DNA of 64,000 bases, from positions 32,001 to 96,000 of the IMG/VR virus record IMGVR_UViG_3300036770_005816. One strand, written 5' to 3'. The notes beneath the pieces were generated by a model. It was given only the letters and a program-made list of their open reading frames with translations. It did no database searches and had not been told where the DNA came from. This document shows positions 11,401 through 19,270 of this stretch, one piece after another. This DNA comes from a virus. The translations under genes were made by a program, and so were the position numbers. Each line of letters opens with the position of its first letter. Position 1 is the stretch's first letter.

Positions 11401-12238
11401 CCGCCGAAAGAAGTATCATCACTTCTTGTTTGCGCAGGCTCTCTCTGCTTCCGACATGGAAATACCCGAGGAACTCAGAGACAAACTTAAAGGGAAAAAG
11501 TTCGTTCGACTAAGGAGCGGAAGTGCGGCAGCACCTTGGTTGCATTTCCGTGTTTCGGATGACGGGAAACGCCTCACCGGTGAGGGTTTCGTTATCAAGC
11601 CACCAGATGGCTATAACGGCGACGAATCCAACATGTTTGAACTTATGGGCGCCGAATTGTCCGCAATGCTAGGAGCACCAGGCGAAGGTGGTCGTGTTGA
11701 CGGACTCAAAAACGGAAGTAGAACCATTGTTATTCCTTTCGGTGGAAACATGATTGAAGGGAAAATGGTTGTCGGCGTCTATAATCACAAAGGCAATAAA
11801 AAAGACAGACTATTGAATGTCTTGTCGAATTTTGTTCTCAATGTTGGCGACAGACATGGGTTTAATGGAATGGTGTTTAAAGATGAAAACGGGAACGATG
11901 TCGCATATCCGATTGATTTTGGTCGAGCAAGCCCTGGGCGAACTGTGACCGAGGACGGGTTGCGCAATTATTGGGAGACTTTCGATATGGATAGAAAAGC
12001 GGGAATGGGCGCGCGCGATATTGGAGCAGCGAACGAGTTGGGAAGAGAACTTCTTCCCAGACTTAAGGCTATTGATTTTGAAGAAATGGCACGACGATTT
12101 GGCGCAATGTATGGTGACAAACAGGCTCTAAGCGCTGCACAGGTTGCGGAGAGAATTGACCAAATCAGGAAACGGGTCAACGCCATTATTCGCATCCTTG
12201 AGACACGAGGGCTTGGCGATGTTCTGTTTCAGCGTTAA
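8435..12238 (+). CDS. Giant mosaic protein (1267 aa), paralog of 3227..8086, C-terminal HipA/PI3-PI4-kinase-like domain
   Basis: FVIKPP...NFVLNVGDRHGFN...AYPIDFG; shares YEVKRVRAxWDP...RCPVGTRYGGQITDRFGRNCGW and PDSRSFRNVNNRFPKNGLP modules with 3227..8086. Confidence 0.7.
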   Translation: MTNKNLINYKAQRFQSELNKTTFAYEVKRVRALWDPTLSIPGTGRRGGWRCPVGTRYGGQITDRFGRNCGWGVARRIANSITNIGERLESLDDRRRGRRVDRRNRRMAGRLQRNAEAGRAERRLRGVADVLDGGEGTDRVARPPRGREVVLDDVDAPETSPVVLDDGGRPLDGRAERREARKRRRQERRERRLREAQEREERGDPPAGQLGRGWRGVLSEGNRRYNEQGNRPWWGEGQPAPRPDADSVDVPSRPDRGDADAETPRPRRPRPEGERGRRRPRAERDEADIVEPTPETPDASEPTPEAPRPPRRPRAPRDGEERRPRPGERRPPRVPAADEEDEGLFDDFLRPGAPKRDGREPGEIVIGSDGEPYKWVPNPDANVIGAGKQEKGFWVPASEVDLENDRLRKKERRVKGDDLRNPKSPKGAPDPEGKNRIWTDDEGDQWEYDPNSRQWNIRGNPSKRREAEENDRARRDNRNERLRERNERGRRRAPRDEDERDRDLRFSERRRVRREIEEPGAPRTAPGETPEAEAPKPKRPARKRNRRRAASDEIATESATRRPPTPKDKPQGGQPKPSERINLDEEMIELAEGESMPDSRSFRNVNNRFPKNGLPKSAYWRKPDYDGNDKPELERRFGRYYDADGNINNRGRLVNQEIEKRKRGGGLTPKGRKPRQRKKPADAPKQPVENTPPNQADIPSPPSLAVTEEASTAFRELPDDAKTKARQLFRVLMRGRDRENEVQDDVVDNAIRRPPGDVNNQNLRALLAAQQQNIQRITKDKSDATANIERLKQDYGLDSPTGLRYDILPDDVKDRYVDNVAVVMRADKELASNQRRIARLQEEIIRRDIANPPVNQPQTPQAGQTPSPTPQSPQPQGRRKLADRFMFVKRRKNRDNVVAPLGDVDKNGVVVGKTVKVGENGMNTKDEAVKYLQDGGEIGNVPDEFLFDALEGVSHDGSQDWGDFVTEDVFNDLVTRGVINADGIDYDAFRRKKYHHFLFAQALSASDMEIPEELRDKLKGKKFVRLRSGSAAAPWLHFRVSDDGKRLTGEGFVIKPPDGYNGDESNMFELMGAELSAMLGAPGEGGRVDGLKNGSRTIVIPFGGNMIEGKMVVGVYNHKGNKKDRLLNVLSNFVLNVGDRHGFNGMVFKDENGNDVAYPIDFGRASPGRTVTEDGLRNYWETFDMDRKAGMGARDIGAANELGRELLPRLKAIDFEEMARRFGAMYGDKQALSAAQVAERIDQIRKRVNAIIRILETRGLGDVLFQR

Positions 12239-12265
12239 ATTTATGCAGATTGGTAGAGTGCAATC

Positions 12266-12562
12266 ATGAAAAAAACCATGTGGGTCGGTATGGTCGGGAT
12301 GGGGAACTCTGTTGTTGTGGGTTTCGACGGAGAAAAGGTGAGGTGCGCATCAACCTCGCCAGAGTTCGAAGAGTATGTTTTGAACAATGTCAATTCTGAA
12401 CGAGTTTCGGAATTGGCGCAAAAAGATAAAGATTTCAATTATCCGCTTTATGTTGGGACATCAACCATGATGTCCTTCGGGGAGGAAGTTCCTTGGGATG
12501 AAGAGGGTTTCAAAATGTTGTCAGAAATCGCTCGCGCCTTAAGGGAAAAACAGCAAAAGTGA
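12266..12562 (+). CDS. Small protein, candidate immunity protein for upstream kinase
   Basis: 98 aa directly after second kinase protein; GTGA overlap with next gene. Confidence 0.5.
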   Translation: MKKTMWVGMVGMGNSVVVGFDGEKVRCASTSPEFEEYVLNNVNSERVSELAQKDKDFNYPLYVGTSTMMSFGEEVPWDEEGFKMLSEIARALREKQQK

Positions 12563-13911
12563 CTACTTCGTTCGTTGTTCGCAAACGTGACGGTTCCCCG
12601 TATTTCGTCGCCACGACAGGTAAAGGGAAAACCACTTTCCGTGCTGTCTCTGCTGACGCCAAAGAACTTCTCTCCGCTTTCAAGGACGAATACTCCGATT
12701 CTGATATAACCAAACAAGAATTGGAAGTTGCCCTAGACAGAGGTATGACCGTCGAGGGTCCAATGCCCGAGTCGGCAGTTCCAAATGCGCTGGAGCGTGA
12801 AGTGAAGCCGAACGAAAAGGCTGCGAGGGTGGCATCTCGTGAGCAGGCTCTCACCGTAGCGAGACTTCTCGGTTGTCGAGGCGCCCATCAGCACGAAAAT
12901 GGTTCGTGGATGCCATGCACAACTCATGAAGAATTCGAGGCGTTGAAAAAAGGCAAGAACGACTACTACCAAGTTTCTTCGAAGAGCCGTATGCACGGTT
13001 TCACCGAGATTGAGCATCGAACGCAATTGGCGTTGACCAAATCAGGCGAGTATTACGAGGACAGGGCGATGGCTGAAGAAGCGTCGAAAAGACGCGGATG
13101 TAAGGGTGTGCGAGTCATAAAGATTGGTGGCGTCACCTACTACGCCCCTTGTGTTGCTACGGAAAGATTCGAGAAGTTGCGTGAGCGTCCGGTGGCGGGA
13201 ATTGAGACACTTCCTGACGGCGGTTTGGTATCAGCGAAAATGGACACAAAAGGATTTGTTCCTTTTGTCAGCAGGTCTACCGACCCAGACACATTCCCGA
13301 ATCCTGATTCGGCGCGTATCCGTGCAAGAAATCTTGGCTGTATCGGCATACGAAGGTATGTTGCTCGTGACGGGAAAACTGTTTGGATGCCGTGCTCCAA
13401 CGGCTCAGATTACAACCGAGTCATGAAACTGCGGAATGATGGAAGCCCGAAAAACAGGAGAGGCAATAAACCCAGTCGCGGTCGCAAGAGTTTGGTTGAT
13501 TCATCCTTTATTGAGGAAAAGGTTGTCAGAAAGCCGAAGCGAAAGAGTCCACAAATTGATAGCGAGACCGTGAACCGCCTCGCTGTTCTTGTTCGACGCC
13601 ACAATGCTGATGTATCCAAGCAGATACATCGAACCAATTTGAGGGACGCGAAGATTGTGTATCTACGCGGTCTTTCTTCTGGTGGCGAGGCGTCTGCGAA
13701 AAAACGTTTGTCGGATTTCTTTGAATCCATGAAGTCTGACAAGCCCACAAAGCGCGGAACCCGCAGGGATTTCGACTTGGTTCCCGACAATCATCCTTCC
13801 AAGAGCGGGAAGTCAGCAAAAAGGGACGACGCTTACGGTGACGGTGTTATGGGGGTTAAGTATTCGGGTGGGTGTTGCCCCAAGGTTGTGAAACGATATC
13901 ACCGACTGTAA
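12559..13911 (+). CDS. Head-associated protein with three GCxG...(W/Y)xPC repeats
   Basis: LGCRGAHQHENGSWMPC / RGCKGVRVIKIGGVTYYAPC / LGCIGIRRYVARDGKTVWMPC; N-terminal ~70 aa similar to N-terminus of 3227..8086. Confidence 0.6.
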   Translation: MTTSFVVRKRDGSPYFVATTGKGKTTFRAVSADAKELLSAFKDEYSDSDITKQELEVALDRGMTVEGPMPESAVPNALEREVKPNEKAARVASREQALTVARLLGCRGAHQHENGSWMPCTTHEEFEALKKGKNDYYQVSSKSRMHGFTEIEHRTQLALTKSGEYYEDRAMAEEASKRRGCKGVRVIKIGGVTYYAPCVATERFEKLRERPVAGIETLPDGGLVSAKMDTKGFVPFVSRSTDPDTFPNPDSARIRARNLGCIGIRRYVARDGKTVWMPCSNGSDYNRVMKLRNDGSPKNRRGNKPSRGRKSLVDSSFIEEKVVRKPKRKSPQIDSETVNRLAVLVRRHNADVSKQIHRTNLRDAKIVYLRGLSSGGEASAKKRLSDFFESMKSDKPTKRGTRRDFDLVPDNHPSKSGKSAKRDDAYGDGVMGVKYSGGCCPKVVKRYHRL

Positions 13912-14075
13912 ACAATTTATAGTTAGATTCTGTTTTTGGTATTAGTTGCATTTATTGCTACTACAAACATGTTATTCTCGTACTAGTAGTTAATGTAACA
14001 GTTGACTGCTGACTGGGTGCTTACCTAAGTCGAAATATATCAGTACCCAATCAAGTATTTCCGTAGGAGGAAATC

Positions 14076-15392
14076 ATGTCAGACGACATTCGTCTTCGCG
14101 AGTTGCAGAACGCACTTCGCGAAAAGATGGCTGACAACAAGACCATTGCCGACTCGTTCAAAGTCGAAGATGGCACTGTTGTTGTTTCAGCCGAACAAAA
14201 GTCAGCGTTCGACCGCAATATGTCGGACATCCGTGAAATCAAGAGCCTGATTGAGGGCATTGAGGGAATGCGCGATGCAGAGAAGTGGGCTTCGGCTCCT
14301 GCCTCTGAGTCGGTTGCGCAGGCTTCGAATGCACAGCCTCAGCAGGTCGAGCAGAGAATGAGCATCAAGAGCCTCGGCGAAGCGTTCCTTTCGTCCGATG
14401 AGTACAAGGCGCTCGCCTCTGGTCGAAACGGCGCGAACATGCCGGCTCCGTTCGTGTACAACGTGAAGGATGTCTTCACGGGTATGCCGACCGGTCCTGC
14501 TTCGCCGCTTTCCTCGGTTGAACAGTTCGGTCAGTTCCAGCGTGACCCGATGGTGGTCTCGCCGACCCGTACCCGTCGCGTCCGCGACCTCTTCCCGAAG
14601 CGCACCACGAACGCTGCGGTGATTGAGTACTTCCGCCAGATTGGTTACACCGCCGTCACTGGCGCGCCGACCAACAATGCGGCTCCTGTCTCTGAGCGCT
14701 CGGGTTCGCCCGCAGTGTTCACTGCGAAGCCACAGTCTGGTTTGAAGTTCACTGGTCATCAGGCACCGGTTCGCACGCTTGCCCACTGGGAAGCAGCGCA
14801 CCGCAATGTGCTCGCCGACGAGCCGCAACTCCGTAGCATCATCGACAACGAGTTGATGTACGGTCTGCGTCTTCTTGAGGACGAGCAAATCCTGAACGGT
14901 GACGGCACCGGCGAGAACCTCGAAGGTGTTCTCCAGACCACGGGCATCCAGACCTACGATTGGTCTTCTGGTGCGACGGGTGACCTCAAGGCGGACGCGA
15001 TTCGTCGCGCAGCCACCTTGTCGTTCCTCGCGTACTACGAGCCGACGGGCGTCGTGATGCACCCGAACGACTGGGAAGACATCGAACTGTCGAAGGACGA
15101 CAACGGACAGTACCTGGTTGCTGTCTCGGTCGCCCTCGGCGGAACCCCGCGTCTGTGGCGCATCCCGGTTGTGGACACGCCGGCAATCGCAGAAGGCACC
15201 GCTCTTGTCGGTGCGTTCGGCACTGCCGCGCAGATTTACGACCGTGAGCAGGCAAGCATCCGAATCAGCGAGCAGCACGCAGACTTCTTCGTGCGCAACG
15301 CGATTGTGGTGCTCGCCGAGCAGCGTCTCGCACTCGCTGTCAAGCGTCCTGAGGCATTCGTTGCCGTCTCGTTTGACAACGCTCCTGCCTGA
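14076..15392 (+). CDS. Major capsid protein, HK97 fold, with N-terminal scaffold/delta domain
   Basis: SIKSLGEAF processing-site pattern, LADEPQLRSIIDNELMYGL, EDEQILNGDGTG, VMHPNDW, FVRNAIVVLAEQRLALAVKRPEAF; strong RBS (AGGAGG), strongly biased codons. Confidence 0.93.
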   Translation: MSDDIRLRELQNALREKMADNKTIADSFKVEDGTVVVSAEQKSAFDRNMSDIREIKSLIEGIEGMRDAEKWASAPASESVAQASNAQPQQVEQRMSIKSLGEAFLSSDEYKALASGRNGANMPAPFVYNVKDVFTGMPTGPASPLSSVEQFGQFQRDPMVVSPTRTRRVRDLFPKRTTNAAVIEYFRQIGYTAVTGAPTNNAAPVSERSGSPAVFTAKPQSGLKFTGHQAPVRTLAHWEAAHRNVLADEPQLRSIIDNELMYGLRLLEDEQILNGDGTGENLEGVLQTTGIQTYDWSSGATGDLKADAIRRAATLSFLAYYEPTGVVMHPNDWEDIELSKDDNGQYLVAVSVALGGTPRLWRIPVVDTPAIAEGTALVGAFGTAAQIYDREQASIRISEQHADFFVRNAIVVLAEQRLALAVKRPEAFVAVSFDNAPA

Positions 15393-15413
15393 TAACGGCT
15401 GAAGCGCAGTAAG

Positions 15414-15462
15414 CGTAGCCCCCACCCAAGCCCTTCGGGGTGCGGGTGGGGGTTTCGTTTTT
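15414..15462 (+). terminator. Rho-independent terminator after capsid gene
   Basis: CCCCCACCC...GGGTGGGGG stem with internal CCC-TTCG-GGG followed by TTTCGTTTTT. Confidence 0.8.
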
Positions 15463-15492
15463 ATATCGACATGTTTGTTATGGGATAATTGA

Positions 15493-16356
15493 GTGATGGC
15501 TGACGAAAGCAAAAATCTGAAAGTAAAACTTCTTGGAATACCATTTAGTGGTTTTCTCCGCAGAGGGAAGCCCGGTATACCGAGAGATGGCGATGGTGAC
15601 GGAATGTTCACACCCGTCGGCTCTACTGAAGACAACATGCCGTATCCAGCAGTGGTAAACACGGTGGTTAATTTTCTCAGAAAAAAAACCCCTAGTTACA
15701 AGAAAGATTTGGCTCGCAGACGTAACCGCGTTAAGGAAATCATTGCAGACGCACGAAAAGGCGGATTCACTAGAGACAGAAATATTGAAGGGGATGTAAA
15801 AACAGGGATATCGGTAGGTCTCAACAGACACGGATTGAGCAGAGATGTTTCTGATGTTTGGGATAAAGATGGAAACCCGAAAGAAGAAGCAATTCAAACA
15901 GTTCTTGCATGGATGCAGTATCACGGTGACAAAGTATTCGGCAATCCGCTTCCGGGGGCGCGTGAGCGCGGGATTGGCGGATGGGTGCAAACCGTAGATG
16001 GCGTGCCGCGATTCTTCCTCGATGTCGTAGACATATATCCGACCACAGACGAAAATATTGCAAAAGCAGCGTCTCTTGGCAAAGCACAAAATCAGAAAGA
16101 AGTGGCAATTTTGGACAAGGTTTGGGAGGCTAAGGAAGCCGACGCACGGAAGGAGCCTTCAGATTGGAATGCTCCTTTCATAGACAGCGGTGGAGATGGT
16201 GCAGATGTCATTGATTGGGAGTTTTTCAATGACGCGCGCGGAGTTTTCGCTGAACCGAAACGAACGATATCTAGAATATTTAGACCGAATCAATCTGGCA
16301 AATCAGAAGATTTGTCATTCAGGTTTGTGATAACGGAGGATTCATCAAATGGCTGA
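15493..16356 (+). CDS. Hypothetical protein carrying VK(L/V)LG-P...DGDGDG tag
   Basis: VKLLGIPFSG...RDGDGDGMFTPVGSTEDNMPYPA, matches tags in 28723..31098 and 31095..33566. Confidence 0.65.
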   Translation: MMADESKNLKVKLLGIPFSGFLRRGKPGIPRDGDGDGMFTPVGSTEDNMPYPAVVNTVVNFLRKKTPSYKKDLARRRNRVKEIIADARKGGFTRDRNIEGDVKTGISVGLNRHGLSRDVSDVWDKDGNPKEEAIQTVLAWMQYHGDKVFGNPLPGARERGIGGWVQTVDGVPRFFLDVVDIYPTTDENIAKAASLGKAQNQKEVAILDKVWEAKEADARKEPSDWNAPFIDSGGDGADVIDWEFFNDARGVFAEPKRTISRIFRPNQSGKSEDLSFRFVITEDSSNG

Positions 16357-16504
16357 GAACGAAAACGGAAACATGAAATTTAGGAATGTTTCGATACCGA
16401 AAGATTTTTGGTCGATGCCATTGGAGAAGCAGCGGGAGTTCGCAAGGGATTTTCTCATGCGTTTTAGCCCGAATGAAGAGGTACGGAAACAGTCGGATAA
16501 ATGA
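16349..16504 (+). CDS. Small hypothetical protein (51 aa), overlapping upstream tagged gene
   Basis: Read manually: MAENENGNMKFRNVSIPKDFWSMPLEKQREFARDFL...; GGAGG RBS upstream; below ORF-track cutoff. Confidence 0.5.
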   Translation: MAENENGNMKFRNVSIPKDFWSMPLEKQREFARDFLMRFSPNEEVRKQSDK

Positions 16505-16630
16505 TGTATAGGTTGTCTATTTTGAAATTCAAACTGCAATCGTGTATTTATTCTGTGTTGGTTAAATTTTTGGATTGGCGTCTATCTGCTTGGAAACGGG
16601 CAGAGAAAAGAAAACGAATGAGAGACAGTA

Positions 16631-17035
16631 ATGAGTGAACGATTTTGGTATGGTGCAACCGTTTTGAAAGTGGTTGACGGTGACACTGTCGATTTGATGA
16701 TTGACCTCGGATTCAACATCCACCACAAAGTCCGTGTTCGCCTTTATGGTGTCAACACGCCCGAATCCCGAACCAAAGATTTAGCGGAAAAACAAATGGG
16801 CTTGAAAGCGAAATCATTTACCGAGGATTGGCTGACTCGTCACAAATGGGTGTACATAAATACAATCCCCGACAAGAACGACAAGTACGGTCGCATACTC
16901 GCACGCGTATTCTCGTCAGACGATGTTGAATCACCAACAACTGCGTGTCTGAACAAAGACATTATTGATGCAGGGTATGCGCGCGAATACTACGGTGTCG
17001 GCGACAAAACATGGACGGAATTCAAACAGGGTTAG
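16631..17035 (+). CDS. Thermonuclease (SNase-family) nuclease
   Basis: VVDGDTV, VRLYGVNTPE, DKYGRILA motifs. Confidence 0.9.
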   Translation: MSERFWYGATVLKVVDGDTVDLMIDLGFNIHHKVRVRLYGVNTPESRTKDLAEKQMGLKAKSFTEDWLTRHKWVYINTIPDKNDKYGRILARVFSSDDVESPTTACLNKDIIDAGYAREYYGVGDKTWTEFKQG

Positions 17036-17298
17036 TCAGCCTCTTGGGGGGTTGTCCAACCCCTATTTGATGCACGCCATACAGAAGGTGAGTGTTCCTT
17101 TTCTACGGAACTTTTCACATCCAAGTCCTCATACAGTCTGAGAACATGTATGCATGGGTCATCGTTTTCGTCTAGCGCCCACGCCTCGCTTTCCGATGCG
17201 GGAAGCCCGTCATGCATAGCACATACGGGCGGACCACAAAAACCCTTCTTGTATCCGTATTCGAGCCATTCTTCTGCGCTCATATTGATGTCTGTCAT
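17032..17298 (-). CDS. Hypothetical protein
   Basis: 88 aa ORF in a tightly packed minus-strand run; C/H motifs. Confidence 0.6.
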   Translation of the reverse strand: MTDINMSAEEWLEYGYKKGFCGPPVCAMHDGLPASESEAWALDENDDPCIHVLRLYEDLDVKSSVEKEHSPSVWRASNRGWTTPQEAD

Positions 17299-17300
17299 AG

Positions 17301-17567
17301 TTATTTATTGTCCTTCCCATAATAAAAGGGTTTAGCCATATCGGAAATTTTTCTGGTTATGTCACCGAGAGTTCCCGATGTTTTCTCCCATACGACCATT
17401 GTCTGCTTGGTATTCGCAGTGACTTCTTTTTGAACTCCCTTGATTTGACCTCGAAGTTCCAGCATCTCCTTGCGGATGTCTTCGATGTCTTTTTGGAGTT
17501 CGTCGATGGTTTCCGCGAATTCCTGTCTGATTTTTTCGAACTGTGGATTGTCGCCTTGTTCAGCCAC
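17301..17567 (-). CDS. Hypothetical coiled-coil protein
   Basis: Heptad-like E/K/L pattern, packed between neighbours. Confidence 0.6.
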   Translation of the reverse strand: MAEQGDNPQFEKIRQEFAETIDELQKDIEDIRKEMLELRGQIKGVQKEVTANTKQTMVVWEKTSGTLGDITRKISDMAKPFYYGKDNK

Positions 17568-17570
17568 TGC

Positions 17571-17870
17571 TTAACCGATATACCTTTCTTTGTCTACTTG
17601 GTTTTCTGCTTTGGATGCAATGTTTTCCCAAATGTCTGGACGGTGTTTTCTCACCCAACGAGCAGCGAGTTGTGCGCGTTTTGCGTTGAGAACAGCGTAA
17701 TACCGAGCCGAAGCGGCTCCATGCTGTGTTTTGCGATACTTGCGCATATATTCACTCGCCGCCTCCTTGCAGGAGTTACATCTGCATTTTCTGTTGGTAT
17801 ACGAGTTGTATGTTCCGTGGTTGATTGGAGAGCCTTTAGCGCCCATCACATTTCCTCCGCAGGGTGCCAT
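17571..17870 (-). CDS. Hypothetical protein with HGT-Y-CRC-C zinc motif
   Basis: HGTYNSYTNRKCRCNSC motif common in actinophage proteins. Confidence 0.6.
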   Translation of the reverse strand: MAPCGGNVMGAKGSPINHGTYNSYTNRKCRCNSCKEAASEYMRKYRKTQHGAASARYYAVLNAKRAQLAARWVRKHRPDIWENIASKAENQVDKERYIG

Positions 17871-18376
17871 GGGTCTAAACGCAAACCGTTCTCATGGATT
17901 TTGAGGAGTTCGTCCTTTTTGAACCCGAACAATTTTTCCAAATAGGAAATAATCAGTTCGTTCGGACAAAATGACCGCCTGTACCTCATTCCCGAGTATG
18001 AACTTGACGGGTGGTTGTTGCGCAAGGTGATGTAAGCCTCTTCAGCGTCCCAGCCGTTGGAGATTGCCACACCCCATGCTGTGGATGTTGAGCGACTGAT
18101 TCCTGCGTGACAATGAACAAGGATGTTTTCCCGCCCATGCCCCCAAGAAACCATTTCTCGTACATTCTCAAATGTGGGTGGTTTCATCCCCCAATGACTG
18201 TCAACAACATCATCGAATTCCACAACGAGGTGGTCGGGATGGTCGAACTTGACTTCGCGCTTGCTTGGTCCTGCCGTTATTACGGACGCATACTCGTGAG
18301 CGTGCTTCCGTGCCTCCTCCAAGTTTCTTACCGTCGGGAGGAGAGCCAGCGACGATTGTGTGTATGTATTACTCAT
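17846..18376 (-). CDS. Protein-tyrosine/dual-specificity phosphatase (CX5R)
   Basis: LVHCHAGISRS P-loop, upstream EFDD acid loop, downstream PN motif. Confidence 0.88.
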   Translation of the reverse strand: MSNTYTQSSLALLPTVRNLEEARKHAHEYASVITAGPSKREVKFDHPDHLVVEFDDVVDSHWGMKPPTFENVREMVSWGHGRENILVHCHAGISRSTSTAWGVAISNGWDAEEAYITLRNNHPSSSYSGMRYRRSFCPNELIISYLEKLFGFKKDELLKIHENGLRLDPWHPAEEM

Positions 18377-18531
18377 GGGAATAGTGTATGTCGAGGGAAT
18401 GTGGTTGTCAACCCCTTTGTGGTTACTTACATGGGTGTAATTAGGGGTTGCAAATCAAAACGTACCTAGTTAAGATTGCACCAATCAATCAATCGGTGGG
18501 TAAAACTGCCGTTACAAGTGGAGAAACACAC

Positions 18532-18783
18532 ATGACAACTACATATGAAAAAATGCGAAACAAGGTCGGAAACCGTCGCGGTAGAAAACCGCTACCTGAG
18601 CATGTTCGCAAAGAGCGTTTGGAACAGCGCAAGGCTGAGAACCGTCAAAGAATGGAAGCGAAGCGTCGTGCATGGTTCGTTCTTGAGAACAAGTACACCG
18701 ATGAGTTCACCAAGGTGTATGAAGAGGAACTTCGCAAACTCCAACGGGGCAAGTACTCCGTAAAGACCAAAAACAACAAGTAA
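18532..18783 (+). CDS. Small basic hypothetical protein
   Basis: GGAG RBS, RRGRKP motif, followed by terminator. Confidence 0.6.
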   Translation: MTTTYEKMRNKVGNRRGRKPLPEHVRKERLEQRKAENRQRMEAKRRAWFVLENKYTDEFTKVYEEELRKLQRGKYSVKTKNNK

Positions 18784-18819
18784 ACATCTAGTCCGCAGAT
18801 GTCGGACCAAGGTTTCTGC

Positions 18820-18870
18820 CCCATCGCCTCTCTCACCCCTTTCCGAGAGGCGGTGGGGTATTTTTTTGTG
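18820..18870 (+). terminator. Probable rho-independent terminator
   Basis: CCCCATCGCCTCTC...GAGAGGCGGTGGGG stem followed by TATTTTTTT. Confidence 0.6.
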
Positions 18871-19189
18871 TTACCATCTGAAAGTGAGCACGAATCCCGA
18901 ATACCTATACGGAGAATTCCAAATATTGCGCGCCGACAGACAGCCCTGCCCGATTTGTGGACACCCGACAGGCGATTGCCCAAACGACTCTGCGGAACCT
19001 TTGCACAATAAAAACATTGTTGGTGTTGGTCTTTTTCAGAGCCTAGACCACGAAACCAAAATAATAGTCAATGAAGATGTGTACGAAGAACGAACCCTCT
19101 ATGGTCGTCAAACAATAAAAGTTTTAAAGTTCCGAAAAGGTCAACAAATACCTATTTCTGTTGCGCGTGAAAACGGACTCATCGAATAG
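18866..19189 (+). CDS. Hypothetical protein with CxxC-H-C motif
   Basis: CPICGHPTGDC; start probably GTG 18884. Confidence 0.55.
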   Translation: MCYHLKVSTNPEYLYGEFQILRADRQPCPICGHPTGDCPNDSAEPLHNKNIVGVGLFQSLDHETKIIVNEDVYEERTLYGRQTIKVLKFRKGQQIPISVARENGLIE

Positions 19190-19270
19190 CGCGACAGACC
19201 GTTTACTGAAACACCCGCCTAGGGTAAAATAGTTTCTTCCCAAAACCAAACAAGAAAGAAAAGTGTCCCC

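Noticed and set aside
14202-15662. 486 aa minus-strand ORF
   Set aside because: Antisense shadow of the codon-biased capsid gene; no motifs
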